From the NCBI RefSeq assembly GCF_006345805.1, contig NC_043006.1, forward strand, positions 103,602,001 through 103,666,000: a DNA stretch of 64,000 nucleotides, read 5' to 3'. Both the position numbers and the translations under genes were made by a program. The DNA comes from Octopus sinensis (Eukaryota). Below are positions 23,686-36,989 of this stretch, piece by piece. A model generated the notes under the pieces. That model was given only the letters and a program-made list of their open reading frames with translations. It was not told the origin of the DNA and made no database searches. Numbering within the stretch: the stretch's first letter is position 1; each line of letters starts with the position of its first letter.

Positions 23686-26069
23686 AGAGAGTCGGTGAGC
23701 TGTGTAAAGCCGAGAGTTGCCTATTGTCGAGTGTAATTACAAATGTTGTGAATCTTGAACAGAACGATTTGTGAGGACGTTATTTCTCCCGTTACATTGT
23801 ATGTGAAACGTGCGATACAACACTTTCACTTTTCAATGAATAACAGATGAGCAATTGTCTTTCCATACACACACAACAAAGGCTATGCTTTCAGGTATTT
23901 TGGATTAAATTTTCAGAAATATCCCATTAGGCTTACCATTAATTCTGTGAACTATTCACGGGTCCCGCTAGTTACATATAATACTTTATAGTACTTATGT
24001 TCGACTCTTCCCGTCTGCCAGCAATCGTATACCTCATTATAAGCCACATCAACCCTCAATACAGGTTCTCATGGGGAGCTTCCCAGAAAAGACTTATATT
24101 GTAGTTATTGTGCTTGTTCATCTTTTAGGCAGCCTCTATTGGAGAGGCTTATGATACAAAGCATTTCACCTGCGACGAACTCGTCTTTTCTGTTCAGGTG
24201 TAGTGAATCAAGAATGATTCGTTAGTTTGCTCAAGACTGTATGGTTCACTTCCCGAGCGATTTCTTTCTCTATCCAACACATCTCGGCACCGCGTAGGAG
24301 ATATTTTGTTTGCTTCTGTGAGCTCTAAAACTATATTTCTCTAGAAGGTATAATATCGATTTTAAATCGAATTCTCAATAACCGAACTATGCATAGTCAT
24401 CTTGATTCTTTTTATGGGCTAAAAATTCTTAATTAATTTTCTTCCACTCCAATATTTAAATGTGAATAAATAACGATACTGTTATCGATTATATTTTGAT
24501 GAACTGTCGATAGATTTAAGCAATATAGTTATATATAATCGAGTCATCTCTGTCTTTGCTGATTACAAATTTTATTCTGTGAAGTATTTTAGACAAGAAG
24601 TGGGTTGAAGTCAAATATTTGTACTCGAAACGACATCGTCAAACAATCTGACGCATGTTCTTTAATTTTTGATTCTCAGTGGAATGCGGCCATAATAAGG
24701 CAGAGCCTTCAATTGTTTTCGTTAATCATATCAACCCAGTATAGTATTTATTTATTATGAAGACGAAAGGAAAATTCGAATGGATGCTACTTTCGATAAC
24801 ATATCGATTTTGCAAAAGATTTCCATGACTACCGTGGAATTTTCGTAGAGAAACACGAAGATAGTTTCCTTGACATTATTTTCGGTGCTATCTGAAAGAC
24901 CTCAAGTGGAAAGCTATAGTTAATTATGAGCGAGAAAGAGAGAGAGAGAGAGAAAGAGAAAGAGAAAGAGTGAGAGAGTGAGAGAGAGAGAGGCAGAGTC
25001 GAGGTGATGAAGATGTAAGAAAAAAATGAGCCTACTATTTCATTGCTACAATATTTATCGATCTCTAAGTTGAGAACCTGCAAAGTAAACCTGGGTGTGA
25101 TCTGAAATCAAAACGCAGAAATTTGGACGAGAACAAGGTGTGGATGTCTGTCTTCCAGATTAAGGTAAAAGCAAGACATTATATCCGACGATCTAGCAGC
25201 TTCCTTGCTCCCTCGATGCTTCGTCTTATATTTTAGTTATACATATTTTTACTTTACACTTCTTTGTCTTTCTTATGAGAACAATTCGATTCAACCATTA
25301 TCTCTCTCTGATATTATCTAGCCAAGTTGCTGCAAACGAATTTATAAAATAATAGGGAAGGCCCGACATCTTTTCATGCTTTATCACTGACAAAAAAAAA
25401 TGCACTCGGCAACATTAGTAGGTCGGAACTTTTATAGGAAGGAATAAGAAAGTGCGTTCTTACAACAAACCAAATTCCTTTATTTCAAAACGACTAGATG
25501 TAATCAAAGAAATGTTTGATATTTTCCTCTTTGTCCAACCATTTCCAAATTTCCTACGATGCACAAACAGCCTCGCATGCAAAACTGAGTGGTTTATGAT
25601 CATTTAATTATGCGCTAAACCTCAGGTAAGAAATAAATGCAAATTGCAACAAATATACAAGAAATAGGATCTTTTATGAAATCTTTTAAGAAATAAGGTA
25701 TTGAGTAGTTTGTACAATCTCACCCCACCTCTCTCTCTCTCTCCCTCTCTCATTTTCTTTCTCCCATGTTCGTGCACGCGTATTTATGTGTAGGTATTTA
25801 CGCATACGTGCGTATATTTTCGACAATGTATATATATTTACATAAGTAAATGTGATATGTACTAAATTTATAAAGCAAATATATGTGAACGTGTATGTTT
25901 GTGTTGAGTACATATATTCAAGCACATGTACATATACATACATGCATACATATATACATTCACACATACATATATAATACATTCTGTACATTATACATTA
26001 TCAACGTTGAATAAAAATATATTATATAGCAAAAATACACGCACGTATCTATCTATGTATCTATCTAGT

Positions 26070-26144
<75 letters not shown>

Positions 26145-27889
26145 GTGCCTTTTGTGTGCGTTTGTGTGCGCGAAAGAGCGAAGAAAGGGTAATTGTCCAG
26201 GTCCGTGTTGACATAAATAATATCAGTTGTGCGCATCATATACACATAGTTTTGCTTGCGTACGAATATAACAGAAATGTTTATGTATATATTATCCAGA
26301 TAGATAGAAACACACACACGCACACACACGCAGGCGGAAACATTCACACACATGCATATCCACATACGATCTTGCGTCCATGTCCACACTTGATCATGGT
26401 CTTACGCATGCGTAATATTATGCGCGTGAATCTGTAAAGGAAATTACCTACTTAGCATAAGATTTATTGCAGGGGCATCAAAACTTGTGTCTCATAGACG
26501 TAATCTTCGGTAAATTAACAATGTTCGTAAGGATGATATAGAAATATTGTAGAATTAGACGGAAGAAGGAAACCTCAGAATGAAAATCTGAAATACCTGT
26601 TGCCATGAATAAATTTTATTGGAGACCTATTGATAAAACTATCATTCGAAATCTACAGCAATAACCTGAATCAGTAGGTAACAAGCCGAAGTATTCCAAG
26701 GTTTGATCGAAGAGGTAAATGTAATAATCAAAAGTATTTAATGCTTTACCGTAAGATATTCTTACCTATCTAAAGTACGGAAGTATTGTACACAATAAAG
26801 TCAAAATTTCATAGAGTTTCGAGGTGGCACCGGGGAAAATCAATACTATGGTGTGCTTTCGACTTCATTGTTGAAGGTATTTTGTAGCATGTTGTAATGA
26901 ATGCACAAGGCCCGAACTTAGAGGAAAGGGTGTAATCGTTTACATTGAACTCAGTGCACCGCTGGCACATCGTTTAATTGAGGGAAAGTTAACTTCTGCA
27001 AGATTTGAACTTAGAATAAAAAGATCTGAAACATGTATCACAAATTAGTTTGTCTGATGTTTTAACAATTCTGCCATTTCACTGCTTAGACTATTTGATA
27101 ACGATATATAGCCCACAAGTCCATTGTGTATTACCATTCGAGGCAATCCCAGTCTGATAAATGTGAATGAGCCTATCACAAATATCTCGAAATCAATATA
27201 TTTACAACAATAACAACACGGTTATTGGCATTACCAGAAATTGCGAAAGCGTTTTTGCAGTGGAGTTTAATGCCCCAATGATGACTATCACCATTGATGT
27301 TGAGCAGCACCACATTTTTTGTATTTCTTCCTTTAGTTCAATCTATTTCAAGATCTTTTATACATATCTCCATGCGCTACGGCAGGCGACTCCTCGAACA
27401 TCCGTCCTTATCAATAACATTTGGGCAACGCATTAGGTAAAGTTAGTTCCTCAACCCCCATACTCTTCTGACTTGCTCCCCGCCGTCTTAAAGTGCGTTT
27501 TTTTGTCTCTATGTTAAAACTCCAGCATGTAATATCGCCGATTTCAAGCGATGGAGGAGATCAAAGAAAATTCTTTACAAGAACTCTGCACTGCTAATAA
27601 AAATGCCTTCTAAAAGTGCAAAGCATTTGGGAGTGGCCAGTCGACAACAGCAGGAACTATTTTCAAGGAGACAAGTCTAATTAAATTGTAAATCAATAAA
27701 TATATATTATTTTTAAATTTCAGGTTCTTTTCTGTCAGACATTGTGTGTCTGCATATTCGGTTTTAGCGTATTTATACTCATTCTCTTCTTCTCGCTCTC
27801 TTTCTCACACCCATACACACGCGATATCACTGACGTATTGTGTGTGTGTGTACTTTTATGCATTATATTTTAGGTATATATATATATAC

Positions 27890-27920
<31 letters not shown>

Positions 27921-28152
27921 AAGAGAGAGAGAGAAGAGAGAGAGGGGGGATATCAAAAATGAAACACAAAAACAGTAAAAAACAACACTTAATTAGACGT
28001 AGACAGTAGTTATATTAGATTGACGCTCAGTGAAGAAATTTAGATGGAAAAAGAGGAGTGGATACGGCGATTCGAGCATGAGTCTTTGACGGAAAGAAGT
28101 AAAGGGGCAGAGAGGAGAAAAAAGAGGAAGGCTCATATAGGTCGAGGGAGCA

Positions 28153-28238
<86 letters not shown>

Positions 28239-28591
28239 AGTGAGCGAGGAAAGCAGCTTGTGATTGATAGAAATCTAGAGTAGTTTTCCCTTAAATCAGA
28301 CATCAGCATCTTGAAAATATAAATGACATAGATACACACCTCATAAAATATGTAATCGTCACAGCTACAATGTTTATTTCTCGCAGGTCTGGACAGTTAT
28401 AACTTACCTGGAGTTAAGCAGTGACTGCACCAACAACATAAGCAATATTAACAATGACAGCAATTGTTTGTAGTTGAAGAGATGTCGAAGTAACCATTTT
28501 TTACCTTCTATCTATTAACCGTTGACTGACAATTCCTTCAGCAGGAAAATCCACCGATGGAAGATTGACATTTTATCCTGTAAAGATTTTA

Positions 28592-28860
28592 TAACAATTG
28601 ATAGACAGGTGTCAATTCGTTACTGCAGTTTCTAACGAATTTTTTAAATATAATATTTGAATATAATATATCATTATAAAAGATGATTTTTCTGCAAATG
28701 AATGCATGAATTTTACAATGAAGGACATTTAAAATAATTCAATTATTTGTAAAATTCATGTATTCGTCTGGTAAAAAAAAAAACGTTTCTCATAAAGCTA
28801 TAATATACTCAATCTATTAAACTACTATAATGAATTGACACCTGTCCATTAATTGTTACT
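28592..28860. mobile_element. Fold-back MITE-like element (~125-bp imperfect arms)
   Basis: taacaattgatagacaggtgtcaattcgtt vs aatgaattgacacctgtccattaattgtta, and gcatgaattttacaa vs ttgtaaaattcatgt. Confidence 0.65.
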
Positions 28861-29113
28861 GATTTATTTTTGATTCACCTCGGAACATGCCCCTCGCGTA
28901 TTCCGAATTATGTTATAGAACGTATATTTAATAAAATGTAGGGGTCTAAATAACTCAACAGTGGATTATAATATACTCAATTGGGTCCCATTTTACTGCA
29001 TGTATTACTCGAATATCATTTTGCCAGTACGTCTGCACCAAGGCTGATATTCATCTCAATTGGTGTGTATTTTATTCCGATCTAACTAGGTGCCTCACCT
29101 TTAAGCACCTCAT

Positions 29114-29434
29114 TCAATATATATAAACGGCAAAATCCACAATTTTTCAGTTAGAGGGCTCGCACTTTCTATGGTCATTCAAAACCGTCCAAGGGTGGTC
29201 GTGCACATCTTTACATTTCCCCAGTCACCCCACAAAGCCATTAAAAAATCAATAGAAGTGACATTTTTCTGAATTTTCTATTCAAAACCCAATCAAAATG
29301 CCCGAAACTTGATACGCCAATTGAATGCCAGCTAGCTGTATGTGATTGGTCGGAGATTTGGACAGTACTGGCGTGTATGTGCGCACGCACGCAGCTATAT
29401 ATGCATGACTCGGCAACGCCGGGTCATAATGCTA

Positions 29435-29435
<1 letters not shown>
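29114..29435 (+). mobile_element. Non-autonomous Helitron
   Basis: 5' tcaatatatataaa. 3' hairpin atgactcggc-aac-gccgggtcat (29405-29427), then CTAG|T at 29432-29436. Confidence 0.7.
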
Positions 29436-29468
<33 letters not shown>

Positions 29469-29619
29469 GAACGTTCATCAGAGTTTGATGACATCTACTT
29501 AACTGCACATATGAGACAGGGTGCGTACACAGAACCACAAGTGTGGGTATGGATCTATTTGTGTATTGACGCATTTAATTTTTTTTACTTTATTGTATAT
29601 TTTGTGTTTCTTATTTTTC

Positions 29620-29852
29620 TTATTTACTCCCAGTTTTTGATTTACTGTCAAAGACCTGAAGACAACTGCATATAACATCGCAAGTCCGTCCCTCGCCAAT
29701 ACCGGCCGGCTTAGGCTTCGCACTAAGGGCTCTAACGACATGCTGTATTAAATCAAGCGAAACAGGATTCATTTCACACGATACCACGTATAACAACGTC
29801 TGACAAGACACTTCTGCACCGAGAGATGCACCACAACCAGTTGTACAGTATC
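29620..29852 (-). CDS. Candidate terminal coding exon of an unidentified host gene
   Basis: Polypyrimidine tract plus TTAG|G acceptor at 29853/29852. One frame is open for 76 codons (YCTTGCGASLGAEVSCQTLL...KTGSK*). AATAAA lies 26 nt after the stop (29589-29594). No homology recognised. Confidence 0.25.
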
Positions 29853-30718
29853 CTAACCGCGAGGGATAGATGCAGGATGGGGCGAGAAGAAACGATTGGT
29901 GTGAGAAATAAAGTTATATGTATATTCCATTTTCCGTCCCTATTATTTCTTATATACGGTTATGCCTCGCTGTACGAGTTTAATTCGTTCTATGACCCAG
30001 CTCATTTATGCGTTTTAAAAATTAATTTTCCCCCATTTAAATTAACAAAAGTATAATTAATCCGTTCCAGCCCACCCAAACCACCCCAAAATAATTTTTA
30101 TCGGTTTTGAAACCGAAAAGGTGTAGTTACATGTAAAATGACAATAATAAAAAGCAGAATGCTAAAGAAATATGTAAAATGGTTTTATTCAACTGAGTTA
30201 CCTTAGATTTCTGCTCGCACTTCAAGACAAAAATGCACACCAATCTCTGGACTCACAACAGATTATTCGTACAATGGTGCACTCCTACTGCGATGTTCTA
30301 CTTTATAAACACATACATACATACGTACATACATACATACATACATACATACATACATACATACATACATGCATACATACATACATACATATATACATGT
30401 GTGTGTATGTCTGTCTGTATATATATGTACATGTATATATATGCATCAAATGAAATAAAACACAGAACACAAAGGATGTCGCGGTACACGTGTTTCAAGC
30501 TTTATAAAACAACCTATTCTTACATCAATGTGTAATCGACATAAGAGATGGTTTAAAGCTCTCTTCAGCCGCATGCAATTGCTAAACCAAAGAATTACAT
30601 CACATTATGAAATTATGAAAAATCCGAAAATGTACATTTGGCATTATGTATAATGGTGGGTATATTGAATTTCAACTCAGAAAGTATGCTTGTAAATCTT
30701 CAAAATCAAATATGTGTG

Positions 30719-31179
30719 CAGGGTACCATTGGACTTCAAAAATCCGTCCATACTCTATCATCAGTAAACATTCACTCTATGTCTTCATGGAAAAACATTT
30801 CTGACTGTTCCTTCTGACACATGGAGATCTTTTGCAATTGACCTCTTGGAATTTCTGGGATTGTAATCAATGGTCTTGATAAATTCAGGTTTTCTGATGA
30901 TTTCAGGGCGTGTAGGATGCTTTTTATGCTTTGATACTGGTAATAGGTCTCCATCTTCAATCCTTACAAATTTTGTAGACACATGATCTTTTAAAATTCG
31001 AGATATTTCTAAATCGTTGTGATCGACTTTTATAATCACAATAACAGTATGCCACATAATTTCTTGAGTAAGCTGAGTGTCTGCCATTGTTATTTTCTGA
31101 AACAAAGATTATACAGAGTTAGCAAAAAATGAAGCAATGACTGGAAGAAAGTATGTTCAAAAATACCTTTCTCACCCTG
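30719..31179 (-). mobile_element. Internally deleted maT-type transposon (N-terminal HTH part)
   Basis: TA|cagggtgagaaaggtatttt TIR at 31179. Translation HTVIVIIKVDHNDLEISRILK...IIRKPEFI...SKRSIAKDLHVSEGTVR..V..EDI belongs to the same family as 15021-16342. Confidence 0.7.
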
Positions 31180-31324
31180 TATATTATCATGTCTTTAGAA
31201 GTAAATCAAAGATAGGAAGTGAATAAAAAAAAATTCTGATTTTGATTACGACTTTGTTATGAGTTCGACTAACGAACGAAAGCGCTGATAAAGAATTGTC
31301 CGAAATTCTGAGTCCCTCATTTCT

Positions 31325-31328
31325 CTCA

Positions 31329-31381
<53 letters not shown>

Positions 31382-31407
31382 ACACACACACACATATATA
31401 TATATAT

Positions 31408-31477
<70 letters not shown>

Positions 31478-31603
31478 GGATGGATGGATAGATAGATGGA
31501 TGGATGGATGAATGGACGGACAGACAGATAGACAGACAGATTGGCAGACAGACAAGCAGACAGATAGGTAGAGAGATAGGTAGGTAGGTAGATAGATAGA
31601 TAA

Positions 31604-31679
<76 letters not shown>

Positions 31680-31680
31680 A
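31325..31680. repeat. (CA)n-(TA)n-(GATA)n compound microsatellite
   Basis: Direct reading. Confidence 0.95.
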
Positions 31681-31903
31681 GGCCACGAGCTGGCAGAAAC
31701 GTTAGCGCGCCGGGTAAAATGCTTAGCAGTATTTCGTCAGTCCTTACGTTGAGTTCAAATTCCGCCGAGGTCGACTTTGTCTTTCATCCTTTCGGGATCG
31801 ATAAATAAAGTACCAGTTTTGCACTGGGGTCGATGTAATCGACTTAATCCCTTTGTCTGTCTTTGTTAGTCCCCTCTATGCTTAGCCCCTTGTGGGCAGT
31901 AAA
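31681..31903 (+). mobile_element. SINE family B, full length
   Basis: ggccacgagctggcagaaacgttagc..ttgagttcaaattccgccgaggtcgac..agccccttgtgggcagtaaa. Confidence 0.9.
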
Positions 31904-31913
31904 ATATATATAT

Positions 31914-31974
<61 letters not shown>

Positions 31975-32026
31975 AGATAGATACACATACATATATCTGT
32001 ATGCATGCATGTATACATATATGTAT

Positions 32027-32153
<127 letters not shown>

Positions 32154-32569
32154 CACCTATGTGTGTATGTGTGCAGAGTGGTGCAAGTTGATAGAGACAG
32201 AAGGTAAGGGTGAGAAAGCGAGACACCGAGAGAGAGGAAAAGAGATAGAAAGATAAAGAGAAATAGCATGTATTTACGAGAATACGTAATACCTGAAAGT
32301 ACGTGCTTGTACTTTTGTGTTGTGTGAGTGAGTTTGTGAGTGAGCTTGTATACGTGTGATATTGATAAAAATTGTATATTTGTTGTGGTCAAATGTTGCT
32401 TAAATTATCTCAGCAGTTATAAAATAGAGGCGCAAAGCTGTTATCTAGATCAATTTCTCTGTTCCTTTGCCAAAGAATTCTAATAATAGATGTACTGCAT
32501 CAAACATAGACTTGTAGGATAGAGAAGTGTTGAGGCTGGAACAGGTGAATGGCGCTGGTGGGAGTTTGT

Positions 32570-32631
32570 AACCATCATGTTTATTGGTGGAACATGCTGG
32601 TGATAGTGGTGGTGGTGGTGGTGGTGGTGGT

Positions 32632-32668
<37 letters not shown>

Positions 32669-33390
32669 GTGGTGGTTTCTGTGTTGAAGGTAGTGATGCT
32701 GATTGCAATTATAAAGGTTGTGATGGTGATAGCGAGGGTGATGTAGCTGGTGGTAGTGGTGATGGTAGTAGCAATGGTATGATAGTGGTGATGATGGTAC
32801 CGGTTGTGGCAGGGGTGGTGTTGCTGGTGTCGGCGGTTGATGGTTTGATGGTGATGGCAATGCTACTGGCGGCGGTGGTGGTGTGGATGATGGCCTGGGT
32901 GATAGCAGTGGTGTGATAGTGGTTGGTTATGGTGGTGATTATGATAGTGGTGGTGGTGATGATGGCAATAGTAGTGGCGGTGATGGTGGTGGTATACATA
33001 GCGGTACGATAGTCGAGATGGTAATAGCTGTAATAGTAGCGATGTCGACAGTGGTGGCTCAGGCACGGACAGTGTGTCGCAGGTGGTTGTAGACGTTATA
33101 ATGGAGTCGGTTTGCCAATGTGATGGCAGAATGGTTGTGTTGCAAATGGTAGAGTTCAGAGCAGGAAAAAGGTGAGGTAGATGAATGGTTGTGGTGGTTG
33201 TTTTCGGTGGTTGTGGCGACTGTAGCGATTATGGTGGTGTTGCTGCTGTTCGAAACTGATGTAGTTTTATTAGTATGGAGGAGGTGGTGGTGATGGTGGT
33301 GGTGGTGGTGGTAGCGGTGGTGAAGGTATGATGGAGTTATGGTTTTGACGGTACTGGTGGTGGTGTAGTGGTCATAGTGTTGAGTTGTAA
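32570..33390. repeat. Trinucleotide low-complexity tract (GGT/GGC/GAT), with perfect (GGT)n(GGC)n core ~32605-32675
   Basis: Direct reading. The poly-G/V/P/H ORFs are repeat translations. Confidence 0.9.
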
Positions 33391-34900
33391 GGTGGCGAGC
33401 TGGCAGAATCGTTACAACACCGGGCGAAATGCTGAGCGTTAATTCGCTTGCCGCTACGTACAGAATTCAAGTTCCGCCGAGGTCGACTTTGCATTTCATT
33501 CTTTCGGGGGTCAATAAATTAAGTACCAGTTGAGTACTGGGGTCGATGTAATCGACTATCCTCTCCCACCGATATTTCAGGCCTTGTGCCTATAGTACAA
33601 AGGTTTTAGTGTTGGGTTGAAGTAAAGGTTTTGGTGGTGGTGGTGGTCTTCGTCGTTGTAGAAATGGTTTGAAGAAAAGATTCTGCAGTAAAGTAGGGGT
33701 GGGATGATATTCTTGGTAGCGTTAGTGGTAGTGGAATACAATGATCGTTAGTGGCAGTCAGAATTTTGGTAATTAATCGTGGTACTAGTGAAGATCATCA
33801 TGATGCTGCTGCTGTTGGAAGTATCTGTAGTGGTGGGCATGATACTGATTCAGATTGATAGTGAAGATAAATTTAGTGGTGGTATTGGTGTCATGATAAT
33901 TATGGTAATATTAGGGAATGTAGTTAAGACAGCGAGCTGGCAGAATCGTTAGCACGCCGGGCAAAATGCTTAGCGACATTTCGTACGTCGTTACGTTCTG
34001 AGTTCAAATTCCGCCGATGTCGACACTGTCTTTAAGGCGGCGAGCTGGCAGAATCGTTAGCACGCCGGGCGAAATGCTTAGCGGTATTTCGTCTGCCGTT
34101 ACGTTCAAATTCCGCCGAGGTTGACTTTGCCTTTCATCCTTTCGGGGTCGGTAAATTAAGTACCAGTTACGCACTGGGGTACTTATAATCGACTTAATCC
34201 GTTTGTCTGGCCTTATTTGTCCCTCTGTGTTTAGCCCCTTGTGGGTAGTAAAGAAATAAGAAACGTTTGCACACCGGGAAAAAAATGCTTAGCGGCATTT
34301 TCGTTTTTCTTTACGATCTGATTTCAAATTCTGCCGAGGTCGACATTGCCTACCTTCGTTTCGGGGGTCGATGAAATAAGTACCAGTCTAGTACTGGGGT
34401 CGAAGTAAAGACTTGTTCCTTTCCCTGAACTTGATGGCCTTGTGAGACATCTTGAAACCAATATTACGAAATGCAGTGAGGGCAACGTGCATGCCGGGCA
34501 AAATGCTTAGCGGCATTTCGTCCGTCTTTACGTTCTGAGTTCAAAATCCATTCTTTCGTGGTCGATAAAATAAATACCCATTTCTTTACTGCCCACAAGA
34601 CACACAGAGGGGCCAAACAAGGACAGACACACGGATTGAGTCGATTATATCGACCCCAGTGCGTAACTGGTACTTAATTTATCGACCCCGAAAGGATGAA
34701 AGGCAAAGTCGACCTCGGCGGAATTTGAACTCAGAACGTAACGGCAGACGAAATTCGGCTAGGCATTTCGTCAGGCGTGCTAACGTTTCTGCCAGCTCGC
34801 CGCCTTACTAAAATAAATACCATCGAGTACTGCAGTCGATGTAAAGACTTACTCCTTCCCTCGAATTTGCTGGCCCTCTACCAAAATTTCAAACCATTAT
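33391..34900. mobile_element. Cluster of at least six family B SINE copies/fragments, one nested antisense
   Basis: Plus-strand copies start at 33391, ~33927, 34036, ~34262 and ~34490. The minus copy at 34579-34808 sits inside the ~34490-34900 copy with TSD taaaataaatacc (34566-34578 / 34809-34821). Confidence 0.88.
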
Positions 34901-36989
34901 TACGAACTGTAGTGAGCTGTTGGTAGTGGTAATCTTGATGGGTATACAACTGGATGTTGAAGTGATCTACAGTTGTTGTTTCTACTGTTGCCGCCGTCGT
35001 CTCCTGTTCTTCCTTTGGTCGTTTTTTTTTTCTGTCTCGCCGGTGTAGACTGTCCTCAGGCTTAACAGCTTTTCTTTCTGAACCAACTTGGAGTACATTT
35101 CCGGGATGCGGATGTGGATGGATTTCGGGGCTCAGCATTTTAATACAGACCCGTGCGGTCATTAATTGATCGTGATATACAATAGCCTCCATAAGTGACC
35201 CGTGCTGCGCTACAATTCAGATCTTCATACACACACACATATATATATACATGCATACATAATAAATACATACATACAGACATACATATACACATTCATA
35301 CACCTGCACACAAACACACAACTCACGCACACAAACACACACAAACACACACACACACACACACATATAGCAAGTCTGTGATTGTTTTTTATTATTATGT
35401 TTGATATTTTAACGATTATGTAGTTTGAAGACATTGATAGCGAACAAAGACTCCATAGCAGGAACCAGCCATTTGGCTGAGACGTTTTGCGGTTGGTTAC
35501 GGCTCCGTGTGTCTGCGCTTAGTTCCAATTGCATCTTATGTCACGACGACATCTCTGTGACTGTATCAATAGGCTGAGGTCCATGTAGCAGACATACGAT
35601 AGCCCTTTATTATTATAGAACCTAAATGAATGCAAATGCCACTGAATATATGCAGCGCAATAGCAAAGTTATAAATGCAAAAAGAAAGAGAGTGGAATGT
35701 TTTCAACGAAGTTAATCAATTCTGCTTCCTATGGTCCGATATGATTAGTATATTAGCCGTAGATTAACTGCTGATATGTATATGACATATCTAATATTTC
35801 TAACGGCCTGTAGGGAATCGCTGCGTGACGAATATGACAGAAATTGTTGGAAGCAAAGTAGAAGCAAGTTGATGTGGCGAGTAATATGAAAGCATTTGCA
35901 TTATCCTTTCACCGTCTGTTAATCTCTTATAAGCCAGCCATATTACTCTTGTTAGATAAAATTAGGTCAAAGTGAATATTCCAGTCTACATTAATAAAGC
36001 CAACATAGGAGATAGTTGCAAGTTCCAAGACACTATTTACTTCATTTACAAAATAAGATTAACTGATTGCGTTTGTTAGAATATATGGCACTACGGCAAA
36101 AACAGATACCTAGTCAGCAAACAAAATGAATATCCCTCTAACATCTGTTGTTTGCTGAAGTAGAAAATATGTTTACAGTTACATGAAGTCAATTTCCATG
36201 GTTATACGTATGCCACGCAAACTGATACAGAATTTTAGAGACACCGTTTACTAAATAGATTAATTATTGTTGTCTATATTTACATGTGAACTCTGTTGTG
36301 TGACAAAATGTCTATGTGTTACTTTTGTAAAGTTATAGCTATCAATGTAAGTAGGGAATTGTTTCAAAGACGACAGGCTGATATAACAAGTATTCAATTA
36401 CTCTAATCATACTTATCCATCTATGTCTCTTCGAGATGTAACTCACAGTCATTAATCACAATAAGTTGATCTTTAAAGAAGAGACAAAGTGGTTGAGAGA
36501 AAGTTTCCAAATTTAATAAGCCAGTAGCAAACATTCAAAAACTTCATCATAGGACTGAAGTTATTGTCGTCTAAACCACAAATGCAAGAATCTTGTCTCT
36601 TATTTAGAGACAGGCAGAGTCTTATGAATGGCATGAGAGGAAATAAAGATAGAGTAGTAGAGAAATGCGTATGCTTAGAGGAATTCATTAGTTGAAATCA
36701 ATCTCTGAAAGCACTTGAAACGAAACAAAAAAGAATAACGCCTCGAGATAATCATCAAAAACAATGGTTTTTACTTCAGTCGCCATTATTTCACCGTGGA
36801 GAAACAATTTTAAATAGCAATAACTAAATTCTGCTTTCTGTAGAGAAACAGTTGTACAGCTTCTTCTTTTTTCTTTTTCCTGTTTTCATTTACATTAGAA
36901 TACCGGCGTTAAGTTAATAAAGCAGCAGTTTTTAGAATGAAGATATATGATTTCGTTTCCGGCTTCTGGCACTTCAACTTAACTACCCA

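Larger units (their letters stand above)
21693..23822 (+). mobile_element. Possible solo LTR (21693-21948 + 23686-23822) split by the ORF1-only element
   Basis: The rejoined host has a tataaat box and ends gatacaaca, with an 8/9 inverse ggttgtatc at 21693. No TSD found, so support is weak. Confidence 0.25.

Noticed and set aside
32445-33092. Poly-Gly/Pro/Val/His ORFs and possible G-quadruplex
   Set aside because: A trinucleotide low-complexity tract open in most frames on both strands, with no splice or domain evidence. The GG-only runs make G4 a generic possibility only.
34878-35192. 104-aa minus-strand ORF
   Set aside because: No recognisable domain, its 3' end runs into a SINE tail, and there is no polypyrimidine tract or convincing donor.
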